A DNA stretch of 64,000 bases, taken from Candidatus Gastranaerophilales bacterium. GTDB taxonomy: Bacteria > Cyanobacteriota > Vampirovibrionia > Gastranaerophilales > Gastranaerophilaceae. The stretch lies in contig CALUWL010000002.1 of NCBI GenBank assembly GCA_944324445.1, positions 7,868 through 71,867 on the forward strand, written 5' to 3'. Position 1 is the first letter of the stretch. Each line of letters begins with the position of its first letter. Below the pieces are notes generated by a model. It was given only the letters and a program-made list of their open reading frames with translations, was not told the origin of the DNA and searched no databases. The position numbers were made by a program, and so were the translations under genes. Positions 62,017 through 64,000 of the stretch are shown piece after piece.

Positions 62017-63831
62017 ATGAAAAACAAAAATTCAAATATCGTAGTATTGGCTCAATTAAATCCTATATCAGGAGATGTCGAATACAACAAAAATAAAGCC
62101 ATTGAAAACATCAAAAAAGCAAATGAAATAAATGCTGATTTAATAATATTTCCGGAGTTATTTTTAATAGGCTATCCCATAGGAGATATTTTAACAAGAT
62201 ATCCTTATCTGGCAGAACAATCAAAAAAAGCACTTGAAGAAATTAAAAATATAACTTCAAACACTGCAGTTTTAATTGGTTTTGCGGAAGAAAATAAAGA
62301 AAAATTCGGAAAACCTTTTTATAATTCTGTGGCACTCATTCAAAATAGAGAAATTAAAAGAATAATAAGAAAATCTCTCCTTGCAAATTATGCAGAACAC
62401 AACGACTACAGATATTTTGAACCAGCCAAAATCAATAAAGAAGATAGATTAATAAATATAAACGGAATAAATTACGGTATTGCAATTTGCGAAGATAGCT
62501 GGAATGATTTTGATTTCTTTGAAAAAAATCTATATTCAATAGATCCGATTAAAGAAATCGCACCATCGGCTGATATTATAATTTGTCCTTCTTCTTCTTG
62601 CACAAGAGCTAAAAAAGAACAGCTAAAACATAATATGATGAAACATTTAGCTAAAAAATACAATGTTAAATATATTTATGTAAATCAAACAGGCGCAAAT
62701 GATGAACTCGTATATGACGGCTATTCAAGAATGTATGATGAAAAAGGCGAACTTTGCGCCATGGCAAAAGGTTTTGAAGAAGATTTCTTTATAATTGACC
62801 TAAATTCAAACGAAAATACTATAAATCCTCTTCCAAAAGGATTAGAACTTACCTTAAATTCTCAAAAAGAATTTTCTCTTGATCACACACCTGATTTAGA
62901 AAGAACTTATAGAGCAATAACCCTTGCAATTAAAGATTATTTTAAGAAAAATAATTTTAAACGTGCCGTCCTTGGGCTTTCAGGCGGTTTAGACAGCACC
63001 ATATGCGCGGTTTTATTAGCTGACGCTCTCGGAAAAGAAAACGTCTTAGGAATTTCAATGCCATCTAAATTAACTTCATCGGATAGCAAAAATGATGCTA
63101 AAGAGCTTGCGCAAAATTTAGGCATTAATTTTATGGAAATCCCTATAAAAGATATGCACGATAATATTTCAGATAAATTTGAAAACATATTTAGCAAAGC
63201 TCAAGACCTATTTAAAGAAAGATATAGCCAATCTTTTACGCAAGATAACATCCAAGCAAGAAGCAGAGCACTTATTTTATGGGGAATAGCAAATGAATTT
63301 GCTTCAACCATACCGATTGCAACTTCCGATAAATCAGAGCTTTACATGGGTTATGCAACAATAAACGGCGATATGTCCGGAGGATATGCACCTATTTCAG
63401 ATGTTGTAAAAACAAAACTTTTTGCTCTTGCTCGCTGGATGAATGAAAACAGACCTCAAAAAAATACAATTCCCGAATCAATTATAAATAAACCCCCTCA
63501 AGCAGAGCTTGCAATTGACCCTAAAACAGGTAAAACTCTCCTTGCAGAGGACGCTCTTATGCCTTATGAATTTTTAGATGAAGTCATTTGGAGAATAGAA
63601 AATTTTAATCAATCAATCGATAATATGATGAAATCTAAGTTTTTATATGAGAAAAAGAATATATTAGATGAAAAAACAAAACTTCAATGGTTAAATAAAT
63701 TCTTTAGAAGATTAAATACGGCAATCTATAAATGGTACATTATCCCTCCGGGGCCTGTTATCGACGGCCGTTCGATTAATAAAATTGAATTTAGACAACC
63801 AATAATATCTAATATAAACTACTCAAAATAA
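62017..63831 (+). CDS. nadE: Glutamine-dependent NAD+ synthetase (CN-hydrolase + NAD synthase domains)
   Basis: The N-terminal nitrilase-like domain (IFPELFLIGYP, AICEDSW) and the PP-loop GLSGGLDSTICAV are both present. ATG 62017 (MKNKNSNIVVLAQ) is preferred over the ORF track start at 61990. Confidence 0.9.
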   Translation: MKNKNSNIVVLAQLNPISGDVEYNKNKAIENIKKANEINADLIIFPELFLIGYPIGDILTRYPYLAEQSKKALEEIKNITSNTAVLIGFAEENKEKFGKPFYNSVALIQNREIKRIIRKSLLANYAEHNDYRYFEPAKINKEDRLININGINYGIAICEDSWNDFDFFEKNLYSIDPIKEIAPSADIIICPSSSCTRAKKEQLKHNMMKHLAKKYNVKYIYVNQTGANDELVYDGYSRMYDEKGELCAMAKGFEEDFFIIDLNSNENTINPLPKGLELTLNSQKEFSLDHTPDLERTYRAITLAIKDYFKKNNFKRAVLGLSGGLDSTICAVLLADALGKENVLGISMPSKLTSSDSKNDAKELAQNLGINFMEIPIKDMHDNISDKFENIFSKAQDLFKERYSQSFTQDNIQARSRALILWGIANEFASTIPIATSDKSELYMGYATINGDMSGGYAPISDVVKTKLFALARWMNENRPQKNTIPESIINKPPQAELAIDPKTGKTLLAEDALMPYEFLDEVIWRIENFNQSIDNMMKSKFLYEKKNILDEKTKLQWLNKFFRRLNTAIYKWYIIPPGPVIDGRSINKIEFRQPIISNINYSK

Positions 63832-63841
63832 GGAGAATTTT

Positions 63842-64000
63842 ATGAAAAAAAGTTTGTTGACATTAGCTCTATGCTCGTTTGCATTTGGCTTAGGTTTTGG
63901 TTTAAACAATATCGCATTCAGCGATGTTCAAGCTTCAAAAGTTGCTTATGTTAATGTAGGAAAATTACTTGGCGCTTCAAAAGTTCTAAAATCAGCAGAA
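63842..64000 (+). CDS. OmpH/Skp-like periplasmic chaperone (N-terminal fragment, continues beyond the window)
   Basis: AAGGAG RBS. The signal peptide is MKKSLLTLALCSFAFGLGFG, followed by KVAYVNVGKLLGASKVLKSAE, which is typical of the Skp N-terminus. Confidence 0.5.
   Translation, partial: MKKSLLTLALCSFAFGLGFGLNNIAFSDVQASKVAYVNVGKLLGASKVLKSAE

Overview
Strongly AT-rich chromosomal window (G+C not computed). I count about 60 protein-coding genes and one tRNA, and I found no rRNA, CRISPR array, transposase, integrase or phage genes. Most of it is housekeeping. This includes rlmN, rpmI-rplT, dnaE, malQ, a partial dcw cluster (murF-mraY-murD-ftsW-murG, followed by folC), atpD-atpC, nadE, uppP, queD/queE and an Orn/Lys/Arg decarboxylase. 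Flagellar genes are present: fliD, and the tightly spaced run fliJ-fliK-flgD-flgE. Diderm-envelope markers are present too: a TolC-family protein, MarR-EmrA-EmrB efflux genes, MlaE and an Skp/OmpH-like protein. An autoregulated lexA-umuC SOS module is also here. Two features point to a flagellated, non-photosynthetic relative of Cyanobacteria (Melainabacteria/Vampirovibrionia-like). One is an atpD-atpC pair detached from the other atp genes. The other is a LexA operator with GTAC-N4-GTAC arms. This placement is inference only. The most unusual stretch is 33.1-36.4 kb, which contains: (i) a 520-aa protein joining a type IV prepilin-like N-terminus to about 300 aa of furin/VSP-like CXXC cysteine repeats and a DUF1566-like C-terminal domain; (ii) directly downstream, a glycine-zipper-rich 271-aa ORF behind the best sigma-28 (FliA-type) promoter match I found in the window; (iii) a divergent XRE regulator, with three palindromic TAAATTTA boxes in the shared intergenic region; (iv) an orphan plus-strand intrinsic terminator suggesting a small RNA divergent from lexA. 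Other points worth a second look are a three-member lineage-specific membrane-protein family, several start codons placed 7-8 nt after a -10 box with no Shine-Dalgarno (possible leaderless mRNAs), a motif-permuted orphan methyltransferase, and two glycosylation modules. All functional calls come from motif recognition by eye. No database search was run.
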